The position numbers and the translations under genes were made by a program. A DNA stretch of 62,637 bases, the filler included, from Trichosphaerium sp. ATCC 40318 (Eukaryota; Protista; Tubulinea): assembly GCA_038496445.1 (NCBI GenBank). It is 3 parts of 3 records of this genome, joined end to end, with 100 filler letters (N's around TTAATTAATTAA, not from the genome) between each part and the next. Parts side by side here need not be neighbours in the genome. Positions count along the whole stretch, not along the records: positions 22,269 to 48,581 come from JALMLS010000409.1; positions 48,682 to 62,637 come from JALMLS010000312.1; 1 more part is not named here. The stretch is one strand, 5' to 3'. A model generated the notes under the pieces. The model did no database searches. It was not told the origin of the DNA and worked only from the letters and a program-made list of their open reading frames with translations. Positions 38,170-51,600 of the stretch are shown here, one piece after another; the first letter of the stretch is position 1, and every line of letters starts with the position of its first letter.

Positions 38170-39872
38170 TTCAGTAGCACATGAAAGCATAATTGACAAG
38201 TTTATTTTTTGTAGCATTACTGAACAGAAATGCTTTATAGTACCAAAAACAGCATAAGTACAAGAAGAGTTGTACAAATGTTGAGCATACTACCAGTACA
38301 CTTTACTCTAAAGGCAACGTTTAGGGACTGTGTTAGCCCAGTAGAAGACCTGGTTTGTTCAACACACTGGTCTAGACGCAAGATAGTCTTTGGGTTAATT
38401 TCTTTACAATTTTTGAAATGATTCATCAGTAGCGATGCTACCTAAAAACAATATTACAAAGTGAATAGGTAAAACGCTGATAGAAATTTGTACCTCTGTT
38501 GATGTTGCATCAATAGTAAATTGACCATCGATACAACCAGTCACATCAAGTATTGTCTTCGGTTTAGTCAACTGAATTATTGTATCATTAAATCTAACCA
38601 TGCCTGAGTTTAGGTTTAGCGAGGACAGCTTTCACAAGAAGTGAGAGAAAAAACTACCCTCAACAAAAATATCATCATCTAATACAACAATGGTCTCGGT
38701 TGGTATAAAATCCATTAATCCTTAAACAAAACAGTTAACTTGTATTGATTGAAACTTAAATAAAAGTAACAAAAATCTTGTAGCACGTGGCAAACAAAGA
38801 CTTAAGTTTACAAAAAACCAACTTACTTGTAGTTGGTGCTGTTGGTGCTACCGTTGGTATGTCAGTAGGGACACAATCTGGAAGAGATGGATTGCAATAA
38901 AGGCTTGGCATTACGGCACCAGTCCACTTCGCTCTTAGCTCAGCATTGCTGTTGCTGATGTTTACGGCTCTATCCCAAAAGCTAAATCCAAATTTTTCTC
39001 TTGTAAAAAACGGTTGAACATTCGCTCCCCAAAATCCATCTCCATGTAAACCAGAACATAGACTACGACACCACTTTATGGACCAAGGAATATCAGATTT
39101 CAATGCAGCAAAAACACCTTCAGAACTTGCACCTGCAGCACATGTAGTATGATTATCAGGCAAGTAAGACTCTTGATGTAAATCATCATCGGGTACAAAC
39201 GACGACCCGCAGTGTATATCTGAGCTCCCTTGGCAAGGGCCATAAGTAGAAGATCCTGTGGCTGGGTATTTAGTATCCCACATTGTCGTATGTTTACGTT
39301 CAGTTGCCCATTGAGCTCTAGCAAACGTGCAAATGTCCTTCTTTACTTGCCTTTCTGTGCCAGTGTAACCTAAAAATGACGTTTACAAAAAATAAGACAA
39401 TAGGAGATAGTTCACAAGTACGATGTCGATTTTACAACGTACCAATGAGGGCTCGTAAGTGATTGATAGCTATACGGTGCCACTCATCTACTTCCGACTT
39501 TGTTGGATTCGAGTTGTTCGCAAAAGGCTTGTGTTGGTAGAATACCGCTCTAATGCCTCTAATAACGTCCACTGCAGGGCAAATAGCCTCAGCAAACTCT
39601 TCCTTTGTCATTTTGGAAGGGTTGAATATTGTTCCATTCCATTTCGTTTCGTCCCACCGTTCTGGTGTTATCCAACTGATACCATCAGGATCATGCGATG
39701 GGTTGACAGCAAGTGCTTTTGCATTGAACGTGGACCAATCGGCTTGATCTGGCGTATACTGCTGTAACATTACTACGCTCACGCATAGCCACAGTACCAA
39801 GCAAGTCGCTAGTACTTTTGGTTAGATAAGTGTAGAAATGCTCTAACACGTGATAAAAGTAGATGTAGACAT
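38170..39872 (-). CDS. Secreted Cys/Trp-rich protein of unknown function with Pro/Thr linker (3' end uncertain)
   Basis: Signal peptide after a 33-nt intron; long ORF exons 39432-39800 and 38756-39283; PTDIPTVAPTAPT linker. Confidence 0.6.
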
Positions 39873-40639
39873 TACACGGTTGTTTATCGGGTATTTTGCC
39901 TGTATACGGTAAAATGCTTTAAAAATAAGATGATCTTTATGAATAAGATACCTGACGCTACGCTTGGCATCGCAGGTTGCTATCAGTAAACAAAACTTTT
40001 TGCTACCATTTTAAGTAGAAGTTGACGAAGTAAGTTTCTTTTTTTTCTATTTGAAGTTCCTCTACACCCACGTGACAAGTACCCACAACAGTGTGATCAC
40101 TGAATTGCAACAAAGCATTTCTAATTAATGCCCATTCAATGTCTGGAATCTAACCAAACTGTGTACTCCGATAATAAACCACCCTACTCGATTGCCGTAA
40201 TAAAGTCAATGTTAGACCGGTCCTCTGACCACCAATAAGCAACTAAGTCTTGGGTGGAAAGGAACTGCTATTTTGTATTGTTTGCAGTGTAAACAAAGTT
40301 GACAGTGCGGCAGTTTTGTTTTCTGTTAATTACTGAACATGATGTACATTTCACGACGTTAGAACAGAGAGGACCAACCAACTAGACGTCCACCGTCAAC
40401 CAACCAATAACTACGATAGCTAATATGACCATCTACATTATTACTTTATAACACACTCGTTATTACGTTTGTTTGACCTGTTTATGAAGCGTGGGCTCGC
40501 TGCTGCCACTTAAAGCTGTTGTTACAACTAGCCACGAGTTCCCTTTCCTTGTAATACAAGGAGCACTATTAGCAATATTTGGTGTGCGACTAGCAATAGC
40601 AACTGTAAGTGGTATTTCAACTGGACCTGTATTTTAGCC

Positions 40640-41380
40640 TTACATTATTGTACAACTTTTAACAGAATCCGTGTTTCCGTCATCTAATACTTTCTGTTTC
40701 CTTATCTCCTTTGCAAGCAGATGAAAAGCTTCTTCAATGTTTATATTTGCCTTAGCTGATGTCTCAACGAAAGGTATACAATATCTTTTTGCAAGTTGTT
40801 GACCTTCTGTTGCAGTTACAGATATGTCTTCCTTCAAATCAATTTTATTACCAACCAATACACCAGTAATTTTCTCAGCATCTTTGACCCTTCAAACAGT
40901 TTGACATTGATGAGTAGCTTTGCTTTGTTTTTTAGTTTGCACTTACCTTTTGATGCGGTCAACATAATTTGAAACTGATTCAAAAGACTCGTTACTTGTA
41001 ACTGAATAAACAATTAAACATCCTGCACTCCATCTCACACGGGCGCTGTCATAAAAATCCGTTACTATTTTCATAAACCAAACATCTTTTACTCCTACTC
41101 AAGCTGTTCTTCAGAAAATTCGTCATGTACAGTTGGTCTGTCCCAAACATTCAACAATACCTCTTGACCGTCAATAATAACTTGCTTACGGTATCTGGAG
41201 ATGTATTAGTCAGTCAACACGTGACGGGAGTCGAATAGTAAGTAAACGTTGTCAAAAAGCTTACGAATCTTCTATTGTGGGGTCGTAGTCCTCAATAAAA
41301 CGATCGTGTACTAATCGTAGTACGACCGTTGTTTTTCCAACGCCGTGATCCCCTAACACTAATAGTTTGAAATCAGCCAT
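40640..41380 (-). CDS. Ras-family small GTPase, atypical
   Basis: GDHGVGKT, YDPTIEDSYRKQ, VGNKID, ETSAK, CaaX CTIM. Confidence 0.92.
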
Positions 41381-41745
41381 CGCTTAGTGCTGTTTGTGAG
41401 CTAACTGGATTGTTTTTTTTTAGCTTTCAATGAAACTTATTTTGACTTTCGATCTACTCAACTACTTAGATACACAAACAATCAAATATTTATTTCCTAA
41501 GAATGCTACCTCCATCCGTAAATCGTTTTAGCCTACATTAGGTCAAACTTATTGGACTGTCACTTCAAATGAAACAAAAAAAAAACTTGTTTTGCTACCG
41601 TCCTACAAAGTAATAATGAAATAAAACTACATAATTGTGATAAAAGCATTCATATATTTATAATACAACTGTAAATAATACAAGCGTGAAAAACTTTTTT
41701 TCAGCGCAAATAAGAGGTCAAATCTTTCTCATTTTTTTCTCATAT

Positions 41746-43468
41746 TCACGAAGGCCAACAACGTGATGAATCCTTGTAACTAATAGCAAAAGCCCACCCA
41801 AAAGCTACTGGTACAATACCATGCTTACAAAATTCATCACCAAGCTTCAATGGTGCTTTTAATGTTCTTAATCCATTACAAGCAAAATCTAAAGTACGCC
41901 TATCTAGATCAACTGTAATACGCACAATATCTCCAACAACAAAGTCTCTTGATACAAGCAAATCATTCTCATGTCTACCTGGTTTATAATCGTTTGCTTC
42001 ATCATAGATATCACTTGCTATACCAATGGCTATAGAAAATATTAACAGTTTGCTTAAAAACCGATAAAAAAAAAACTAAAAGTAGAAAATACTTTCTCTT
42101 TTGAGTACTGATCACCACGTTTTTGAAAAAAAATAAGCGCGTACAGAACAAGAGAATAATAAAGTGCAAGATTATTCGCTTGTCTTTGTATAGCAGGATG
42201 TAGCAAAACTGGTTTTCAAGAAAAAAAAAAATAACCATTCATTTCGAAGTCACCCCAACTGAAATTAGTTAATTCAGCATGTTTCTTCATAATACCAATA
42301 GCAGGCTCGTAAGAATCATCTTTAACCATTAATAATTGAACAAACCATTCATGACGACCAGTAGTGAAGCATTTATTAGCATGAAGAATCATACCCTCAG
42401 TTCCAACTTCTGGTGAACACAAGGCAACTTTACCTTCTAAAAAAGTAGTCATATCTGTATGAGATACCCACCTAAACAGACGAACAATTAATAAGAGAAT
42501 AACCAACCACGTATAAACTAAGTACAGGAAAAATAAAATCGAAAAAAATTCGTGACTTCTAAGGTGGAATTCCACGCTTTTTAGACTTTTTCTAAAAATG
42601 GAAGTTTTGCCAAGTACGTGGCAAAGTTATTGGGTAAAAAGCTGTACCTAAGTTCATCACGTTTGTATGATACATCCTGAATCTGGTAGTAATCAAGTTC
42701 TGTAACAAGTGCAACACGCTTAGAGGCTGATTCTGGCCAATACATGTTCCCTGTTCTTAAATAATTTAAAATATAAGCAAAATAACCTCCGTCTCTATCA
42801 ATGAATACCTTACGCGTTTGTAAGCAAAACTAAAAATAAAAAACTACAATAAGCCGTAAAAACGATCGTACTTGTCCTCTCGGATTTTTCTGTATTTTAT
42901 GTCTTCCGCTGAACATAGCCTCAAGCATTGAGCCTACTTACGTGTAAAACAGTGGAAAAAAAAATATAACTAGCGTCTACAAAAATTGCAAGCGCTTACC
43001 TTGAGCCCACACTGATCTAAATGTGCTCAAACGCGTCTCGAATGTTTTTCCTTGTAAAGTGTAAGGTACAATCAAACCAAAAAAACTGATCAACGTACCA
43101 CCAACGTTTAGCACAACAAGTTCATCAGGATCATACGTTCCAGAGTTGGCTACCCATTGTAGTTCCTTTTCAAAAGACTACAAACTGTTAAACGACCTTA
43201 CAGTGCACCCGCGTATACCTCTTTTGCGTCTTGTAGCTCTTTTTTTTCTGTTTCAAGCTGTTTAGTTTCTCTACTTACAATCGCTTCAAAATCCCTTATT
43301 TCTTCGCGTAGTAGGTTGTGCAATCGGGTGCTGAAATCTTTTAAACCTTTTACTTCTAAAATGCGAGTTTAGAAGCGCGATTATTTAACTCTACGCACTC
43401 TTTGGTCTTCTAGCGCCTTCTACATTCTTTGGAGTACCGTTATCTTGATTACCCCTTTTGCGTTTCAT
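41746..43468 (-). CDS. KCTD-type BTB (T1) + SPRY-like domain protein
   Basis: VVLNVGG.TFET, SMLEAMFSGRH, FIDRDGGYFAYILNYLRTG; GRHEW...AIGI and GDIVRITVDLDRRTLDFACNG. Confidence 0.85.
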
Positions 43469-43616
43469 TTTACCGTATACAGTGCTACACAACGAGAAAT
43501 TCAAGTGTCAAACGTCACCGTTGAGGCATTTAGAGTATGATTTTTTTGTCCGACAAGACACGCGTTGAACGGCTCCCCAAATTTCACGATTTCAAAATAA
43601 TAACGCTCATCACAAC

Positions 43617-44509
43617 ATGGCAAAGATCTCTCGTGAAGCTCTCAGTAAGTAAAGACAATTTTTAATTATTATCTAACCAACTATGTAGTGTACGCAGCTT
43701 GTAACGTTATGATTGTACTAATAGAATACATTATAGCATCGCAGGACTATCTTTTGTTCTAGCTATTGGTGTTCTATGTAATATTATGGCCTGTGTCCTT
43801 TTCAAGAACTGGTTTCCTATTCTCGTTGGTACCCACGACTTTCATTCAACGTTTTCATCGTTAAATTTATGTAGTTGTCGCGTACCTGTTCGCACCTCTT
43901 CCTAACCTACTCTGCGCTGCTGTACGTAATAGTTTAGATGTTCCGACGTAATCACCAACGTTTTTTAGTGTGGTCGAGGCTACGAAGATAATAAAGCAAG
44001 GTACAATCATAATATTACTTCCCACGCTCATTACGACGCATAGAGCATTTAAAGACGCCGGATTCTTCTTGACAGGCATTTTTGTCGTTAGCGGTCTCGG
44101 TACGCCCTCAAATACATGCCATTTGAATTGACAGCGCATTTCACCGCGTTTTTACTTCGATTAACATGCGAGAAAATCAAAACTCAACTTTAACTGACGC
44201 ACCTTTAAACTCATTTTTCTGTAGCTCTACCAAGTGTACTCGCGCATTTGACCATTGTACGTTAGCAAATCGGCGTTATAACCCTTTATAGAATTATTTG
44301 TTTTTACCCGAATGTAAGTCGTTTACAACCTTATAGATTAAAACAACAGCTCTATTCCTCGGTCTGGCAGGCGGTTTGATCGTTTACGGGACTATTCTAG
44401 TACGCTTTTTTTTGAAAGTTTTCACCGTTTTTGAAAAGCCGACTTATGTTGTTTCTAGACTTACTTGCATTGCTTCCACGGTAAGAAACGTGATGATGAT
44501 TTCATGTAA
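43617..44509 (+). CDS. VPS55: Vps55/LEPROT family membrane protein
   Basis: IAGLSFVLAIG...ACVLFKNWFP, YLFAPLPN, GFFLTGIFVVSGLALP.VLAH. Confidence 0.88.
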
Positions 44510-44834
44510 GTATTTACGGATCTGCGAAACGTGTTGTAAAACGTTGTTTGTACAAATAAAATTCAGAGAAAAAAAACCATACCGCTGTCAAACCTTTGTA
44601 GTGACACTAGTGGGTGTAGTCGCAGGAAATTTAAATGCAAAGGTATAAATCGTCGAAGACACTTGCATTTACGAACACCTATCTCTCGCTCACTGCGGTG
44701 CAATAGCGGTTAAAGCAACACTCATTGTAGCTGGAACTTCCAAATAGATTTCACCTGAAGTTGTTACCTGCATGATCATTGAAATGAAATGACTTTATTT
44801 TAACTGGCCTTGTTCAAACAAACAACAACTGCGC

Positions 44835-46077
44835 ATGTCTGGAAGCGAATCAAACGAAACAGCGTACTGTGCTTTGAAAACATTAAATCACTAAACAACT
44901 CTGTAGGTCGCTGTTAGCACTCCCAGTCGAAACAATAGCAAACATAGTGTTGTTTTTAGATAAATCTCGGTTTAGTGTAGCCCAGACATGCTGTGCGCTT
45001 GCTGCAGTTATACACGATATCACTGGATATTCTTCCGTTATTTTGACCACCCAAGAGAGTTATAAGAGTTTCATCGTACAGAGGAGTATTGTGTAACTCG
45101 TTGGTTACAGCAATAAATGCTACTGGCACATTGCTTACTCTTTTGAAGGGAACAAACGATTATATAAGATCCTTCTTGCACTCTAAAGAGCACTGATTTA
45201 ACAGTTCTTGCTGGTGTCAAATCTATTGATCTATCGGATAGTAAAGTCACAGTAACTGATGATTCACTATGCGCACTTTCTGGTGTTCATAAAATCAATC
45301 TTTGTGACTGCAACAGTATTTCAGATGTTGGTGTTTCAGCTTTAGCTGGTGTTCATACGATTGATTTAAGTGGTTGTATACATATCACAGATGAAAGTGT
45401 TAAGCTGATGGCTGGAGTGCACACAATAAACTTACGTCGCTGTAAAAACGTAACAGATGAGGGCATTAAAGCGCTTGCTGGTGTTCATAGTATAGCGTTG
45501 AGTACAGGTTCTGATGAAGGTATAAAATGGCTCAAAGGCGTAAGTACAATTCTTCTTCAAGGTACTCAAATTACTGATGTCGGCTTGCAAGCTATCAAAG
45601 GAGTAAAGAGAATTGATGTTAGGGATTGTGCTGTTTCAGATAAAGGTCTTAAAGCTATCTGGTGTTCATACTATATTGTTGCGTGGTTCGTTAACAAACA
45701 TTACTGATGAAGGTATAGTGGCACTTGCAGGTGTACATACAATTACGTTTTGTGGTAAAAATGTATCTGATATTGCAGTATCAGCTCTTTCTGGTGTCCA
45801 TACAATGTGTATATCCGGAAGCTCAGCACTAACAAATGAAGGTGTAAAAGCACTTGCTGGAGTCCACTATTTAAGTTTATCGCACTGTGATGGAGTAACA
45901 GATGAAGGCGTCAAGCATCTTTGTAAAGTTCATACACTTATTCTTTGTATGTTACTTTCAGTTACAGATAAAGGCATCGAGACGCTTGTTGAAGTAAATA
46001 CACTACATCTTGTTGGAATGAACAACAAATGGAAGTATTTTACCACTGAAAGCAGGGTGTTGAAGTATTTGCAATAA
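44835..46077 (+). pseudogene. F-box-LRR paralog with 5' intron and frame disruptions
   Basis: SLLALPVETIANIV...KSRF...QTC...IHDITGY; TDEG.KALAGVH repeats; stop or shift near 45095 and a shift near 45660 (could be assembly error). Confidence 0.7.
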
Positions 46078-46779
46078 ACTGTGGAGATGCGACGAATACA
46101 GAATATAGCGTGATGGCTGTTTACGACCTAATAGAGCCAAATATCTTTTTGGAATACAATATGTAGAGGTAATAAAGCATTGCATATCGTTCCCAAAAAT
46201 CACGTGATTTATTTACTTTACGAACACTCACTAGAAAACAAGCAAACACTTCATTTACAGCGACTCTCATTAGTGGTTTGCTGAATACCTTTTAACCATG
46301 GAGGTTAAGATAGAAGTCTCAAAACGATCCAAAGCTGTTTAGCCAAAGTTGCAGTAAGTTAAGTCAATGTGATGAGGCGTTAGCAAGTATTGTTCGAATA
46401 CAGTGCGAGGTGTAAACAACGCAACGTGAGTATTTTGAAAGAGTAGCCGAGCCTTACAAGTACACTACCAATTTTAAAACCTATTTTTGTAATTACATCA
46501 CTGTTTCGCGTGTTTACGCGTATAAAAGGGTTCACAAACAGTTTTCAGCGATATTCTTATAAAAAAAGCTTAAAAACCCTTTATTGCTCGTATCATTAAT
46601 AAACGAATTAAACAACCTTTTTAGAGCTTAAATAAACGCTTTCGTTCATTTTCGCTGTGTCAAATGACTTCAACGAAAATGAGATTTTTTTTTGTAAATT
46701 AGTTGACAGGACTCCTTACGTACTTCCTTTAGGCCTTTTTTTGCATTCATAATATCTAAAGACAACAACATACAACAAC

Positions 46780-47537
46780 ATGGCAGGCGCAAAGATAAAA
46801 GCAGACATTGACCCAGACTGTTTAGAAGAATACGAAGCGTATGTTTAAAAAAAACAATCCAAAAGAACTGCTTTTGCACATTTTCCAGCACGCTATCATG
46901 TCTTTGTACACAAACACTAGAAAAAATGGATTCCCTAATATCTAGTTAGTCAGGATTGACTAACTATTTGACAGGGACCGTTCCGTCATAGAACTTTTTC
47001 GTTTAATGATGCTAAGTCATTTTCTGCTCTAACACTTTTTTTAGTTTTAAAGATGGCAAAGGATCATCTTACATTGTTTACAAACTTGTCGATAAGTTCA
47101 AACGGGTAGCAATAGACACAAAGGGTACATCAGGAGATAATTGGGAGACAATGATGAGCAATCTACCTGAAGACGAACCGAGGTTTTGTGTATTTTCTTA
47201 CTCTTTCGATGTTGGTTTGGGTGAAAGAACTAAAATTATCTTCCTATTTTGGTAAGTATAGTGGCGTAACACGTGCTCAAATTATTTATTTTCTTACAAG
47301 CATACTTATAGGTGTCCTATGACTTCAAAGGTAAAAGCGAGAATATGCTACAACTGCTCCAAACAGCATTTTCGTGCACAACTGCCAGTACGTTATACTA
47401 GGAAAAAGCAGATAGTAGCAACAATCAATGAGCTTATTTTGTGTTAGGGCCTAGCTTTACGTATACATGCTGATGCAAAAGGAGGTGTTACAAATAGCGG
47501 ACTACTGGATACATGCAAACTTAAGTTTAAAGAATAG
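46780..47537 (+). CDS. ADF/cofilin-family protein
   Basis: YIVYKL, LPEDEPRFCVF, RTKIIFLFWCP..SKVKARICY. Confidence 0.88.
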
Positions 47538-47741
47538 ACAAACCCATTATCAATTAATAGTAACAATTACTGAAATACTCTTTGTTTATTATTTAACTTT
47601 GCTTGTTTGTTTTTTTTTCAAAGGATACAACTTATTCCTTTAGTATAACATCTTTTCCAGCTTGGATATGGTATCGCAGAAGTGGTAAGTAATATTTAAC
47701 GAACTTGGAAGTAATTGCAAAAGGATTCAAATAGCTACATA

Positions 47742-48581
47742 TTTAGTTAGTACTTAATGCTACAAAATCAGTACCTTTCAATGCTTTGACTCCTTGCTCT
47801 GTTACTTTAGTATTAAAAACGTAAATTTTATGAACACCTGCAAGTACTTTGATGCCTTCATCAGTTACTAAAGTGTCACTCAGATTAATAGTATGTACTC
47901 CAGCAAGTGCTTTAATGCCTTCATCAGTTACTAAAGTGTAACTGAGGTTAATAGTATGAACTCCTGCAAGTACTTTGATGCCTTCATCAGTTACTAAAGT
48001 GCCCCTCAGATTAATAGTATGAACTCCAGCAAGTGCTTTAATACCTTCATCAGTTACTGGAGTGTTATTAAGGTTAATAGTATGAACTCAAGTGTTTTAA
48101 TGCCTTCGTCTGTTATATCTCACACTCATAGAGGCATATCTCATGAACTCCTTTTAGTGCTTTAATACCTTCATCGGTAACTGTAGTGGAGTTTATGTCT
48201 ATAGTATGAACTCCAGCAAGTGCCTTGATGCCTTCATCTGTTATATTATTGCATCGATTTAGGACTACATCATAAACACTTTGAGTGCTTTGACACCTTC
48301 GTCTGTTATATATCACACTCATAGAGGCATATCTGAACTCCTTTTAGTGCTTTAATACCTTTGTCAGTAACTGAAGAGTTATAAATGTAAATAGTCTGTA
48401 CTCCCGCAAATTGTTTGATAAAATCATCATTAGAACCATGTTTGTCGATGCTGATTTTTGTGTGTTTCAGAATGGGATGTTGTACAGCTGATTTTGCTTG
48501 AGCTAATGTTTTAATTGTTATAGTGGTATCCAATAATGTCATGAACGATGGAAGCAATGAAATGACAGGTTTGACAAGCTG
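47742..48581 (-). pseudogene. F-box-LRR paralog, frameshifted, 5' end cut by the gap
   Basis: ITIKTLAQAKSAVQHPILKHTKIS matches the 34828 gene; ~10 TDEGIKAL.GVH repeats split across frames. Confidence 0.75.
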
Positions 48582-48681
48582 NNNNNNNNNNNNNNNNNNN
48601 NNNNNNNNNNNNNNNNNNNNNNNNNTTAATTAATTAANNNNNNNNNNNNNNNNNNNNNNNNNNNNNNNNNNNNNNNNNNNN
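48582..48681. other. Artificial contig spacer
   Basis: 100 nt of N with TTAATTAATTAA. Confidence 0.97.
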
Positions 48682-48696
48682 GTTTCATACTGAGGT

Positions 48697-51600
48697 TTAG
48701 GGTGGTTTTTTTCTATGCCGTTTACTTTTCCTTCTATTTTTAGAGCTGAATTTAAATTTTCTAAGAAAAACATTAATGCAAGGTTTTCGTACAATGTAAT
48801 GATATCCTTGATTACATTTTATTTGAATGGACAGCAATGCAGTCATGCCATTATAAATAGCCACATACCTTTTTGGTCTGTGTTCCCGAAATTCCTCGTT
48901 GTAAAGATTTTGAGTTGGCTCTAATCTTGATAGTCTAGGAAGCCTAGGAAGCCTTCTTTTTGTTGTATTCGAATTCCTTTCATGTGTGACTCGTATTGAT
49001 TTTAGATGTGACACAACTTTATAGGATTTATTTTCCTCTGCATGATCAAACGCTGTTAACCCTCGATTATCGCAAGCTAAGGTATGCTTGTTAATATTTA
49101 GAAAACCCAAAAACAGCTGAATCTTTTTTTTGGGTTTGTTTTACCCCTTACCTGACACTTTTGTATTGTAAGTGAGCAGCAACTTAGCAAGTGTTATGTA
49201 ATCTCTCTTGGATGCATACCTAATAACTATGAGTAACTAATGTAATGGTACATGCCAACTGTGACAAAAACACACAAAAAAGTGCTTACATTAAAAGCGT
49301 CTGTCCGTTGTTGTCCTGAAACAAGTGGTTAGGAGATATGGTTTGATACATATTATTATGATATCATACGTAGTTGTTAACATGGTATTCTAGTATTCTC
49401 GGGTATGTGCGTATGATACAGATTGCAGCAGCTTCGTCAACTTCAATAGCAATGTGAAGTATATTTTGGTCATTATCATTTGAGATACGCCAATTTGCTC
49501 CAATATTAATAAGTTTATGAATAACATTTATCATTCTATGCCTTGCTGCTACTAAGTATAAAGTTAATATATTTAAATAGTATACTTTACATACTCAGTA
49601 GACATGTATCTCCATCAGAAGTTGTCAAATCTGGAAGTAAATGTATTGTAAGTTTTCTTGCTAAACACTTTTCAATGAATAGTATAAGTACCAATGTCAA
49701 CTCCAAGATTAGCTAGTACATCAAGCCATGATCGTGAATGATAGCTCGAGTATTTCATCATAATATGTATAGGAGCCATACCAGCATAAAGACCATCTGT
49801 GAATGGTACATCGAATAGGTTTTGTAATAACTTTGGTCCAATTTCAACGTAGTATGCATTTATCAATCTAGGTATTAAATCATAGTTGTGAAACTTTTTT
49901 GTTGATCCTGTTGGCTATTAGAGACAAACGTATAAATTTGATTATTACTTAATGCCAAATGTAGTAAAGAAATATCATTTTGTTGAATACAGTCCAAAGA
50001 AGCACCAAAAGTAATAAGCGTCTATTTGCAGAGTCAGGTTACACAAAGTAATTTTTTTTCTTTACCTGAAAAACATCAACCGCCTGCTCGTTATCTCCAT
50101 ACTCGGAACAAAGAATGTGTAAAGGAGTATGCCCATTAGCGTCTATAGTATATAAAAACCAAAGGGACTTTGGAAAGTAGTACCCATTGCGTTAATACCA
50201 CCCTCAGGAAGTCGTATTTCATGTTTGCTTGAAAACAAAACCCTCAAAGATTTCACATCACGTGTACTCACAAAAAAATGAACAATCGTGCTTCCTTTTG
50301 CTATAGTCCTTGGTATGCGTGTTATAGATGTACTCAAACTAGAATAAAATACATTAGTAACCAAACAGACACGTGAGGACCATACTCTAAACTAGGCGCT
50401 TGAAGCAATATCTCAACCGCACGCTTTTTATTCATAGTCATTGCAAGGGTCATTGGGGTAACCTGATCTTTAGCGAGTACTATTATTGGTATTAACACTT
50501 TGAAGTTATTAAAATGATATCACGTGCATGTAAGTTGTGGAATATATCCATGAGTACAGTCATCATGAAAAAGGTGATTAGCATTTATTGCTTCATACTT
50601 GCTAAGAAACTTTTTATACTCTAAAAATGGGCAAGGTGCGTTTGCATCACAACCAATGTCTATCAACGTCTTTACAATTGCATATCTATTCTATAGGTCT
50701 TTGTGAGTTTATATTTAATCGTTTTAAAGTAAGTACCAATACGATAGCATAAAACAAGAGTAAGCCTTGATATCTCTTCGTCAGCTTTATGTTCTAAAAA
50801 AAAGATTAAAAAATTAAGAAAATAAAAGGAATGAAAAGACTAAAGCGTACTTTTGTAAAAATGGATTTTGCCACTACTGGTACTATCCAGATAGATGCCA
50901 GGAGATCATTTATAGTTATTGTAAAGTGTACAGCATTAGAAAAGAAAACCATAGTCTTATGATCAGTCCCAAATGCAGCAAGAAGTGAAAACTTTAAAAG
51001 AAAGGCAATCTAACGAAGAAATGTTAGCACTTTAACACCTACAACCCTGAGAGAAAACAATCCAAATTGCTCATTAATAACCAGTGTACCTTTGGTATTA
51101 AAAGAGTATACGGGTGAGGTAGAGTTGAAGTAAAAACATCTCGACAAGCTTTTGTTAATGTTTGATACATTTCATCAATAGGTAGATTCATAGCAATACT
51201 GGGCGTTAACACAGGAGGGTTTGATGATCCAAGGAGGGTAAAGAATTCTGTAATTGTTGAAACTGTCCATTTTATATCATCAGATAACTTGAATCTATTA
51301 CTCGGCATCCAAGTCAATAAAGGAGCGTTCAATGTTATATTGAGTTTTTTTTCCCTTTTTGATTTAATACTCTCTTCGATTACATCAGTTTGATGCTTAA
51401 TGCTTTTTATAGGACAATAAAATGTATGTAGATTTGGGAAAACCTTCGGATCTGAAAGAACTTGACATGCTTCAGAAGAACAAGAAAGAGTAAGATCAAG
51501 TCTTTCTAAATTTGGTAATATTGATGATATCTTCGCTAATTGATCACTTTTTGTTATAGGAAACTCGCTACGGATGATACATAATTCTTTAAGGTTTGTA

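Noticed and set aside
40140-40410. Telomerase template (CTAACC, CAACCAACCAA)
   Set aside because: No 1.5-repeat TTAGGG template, and the telomere sequence is unknown here
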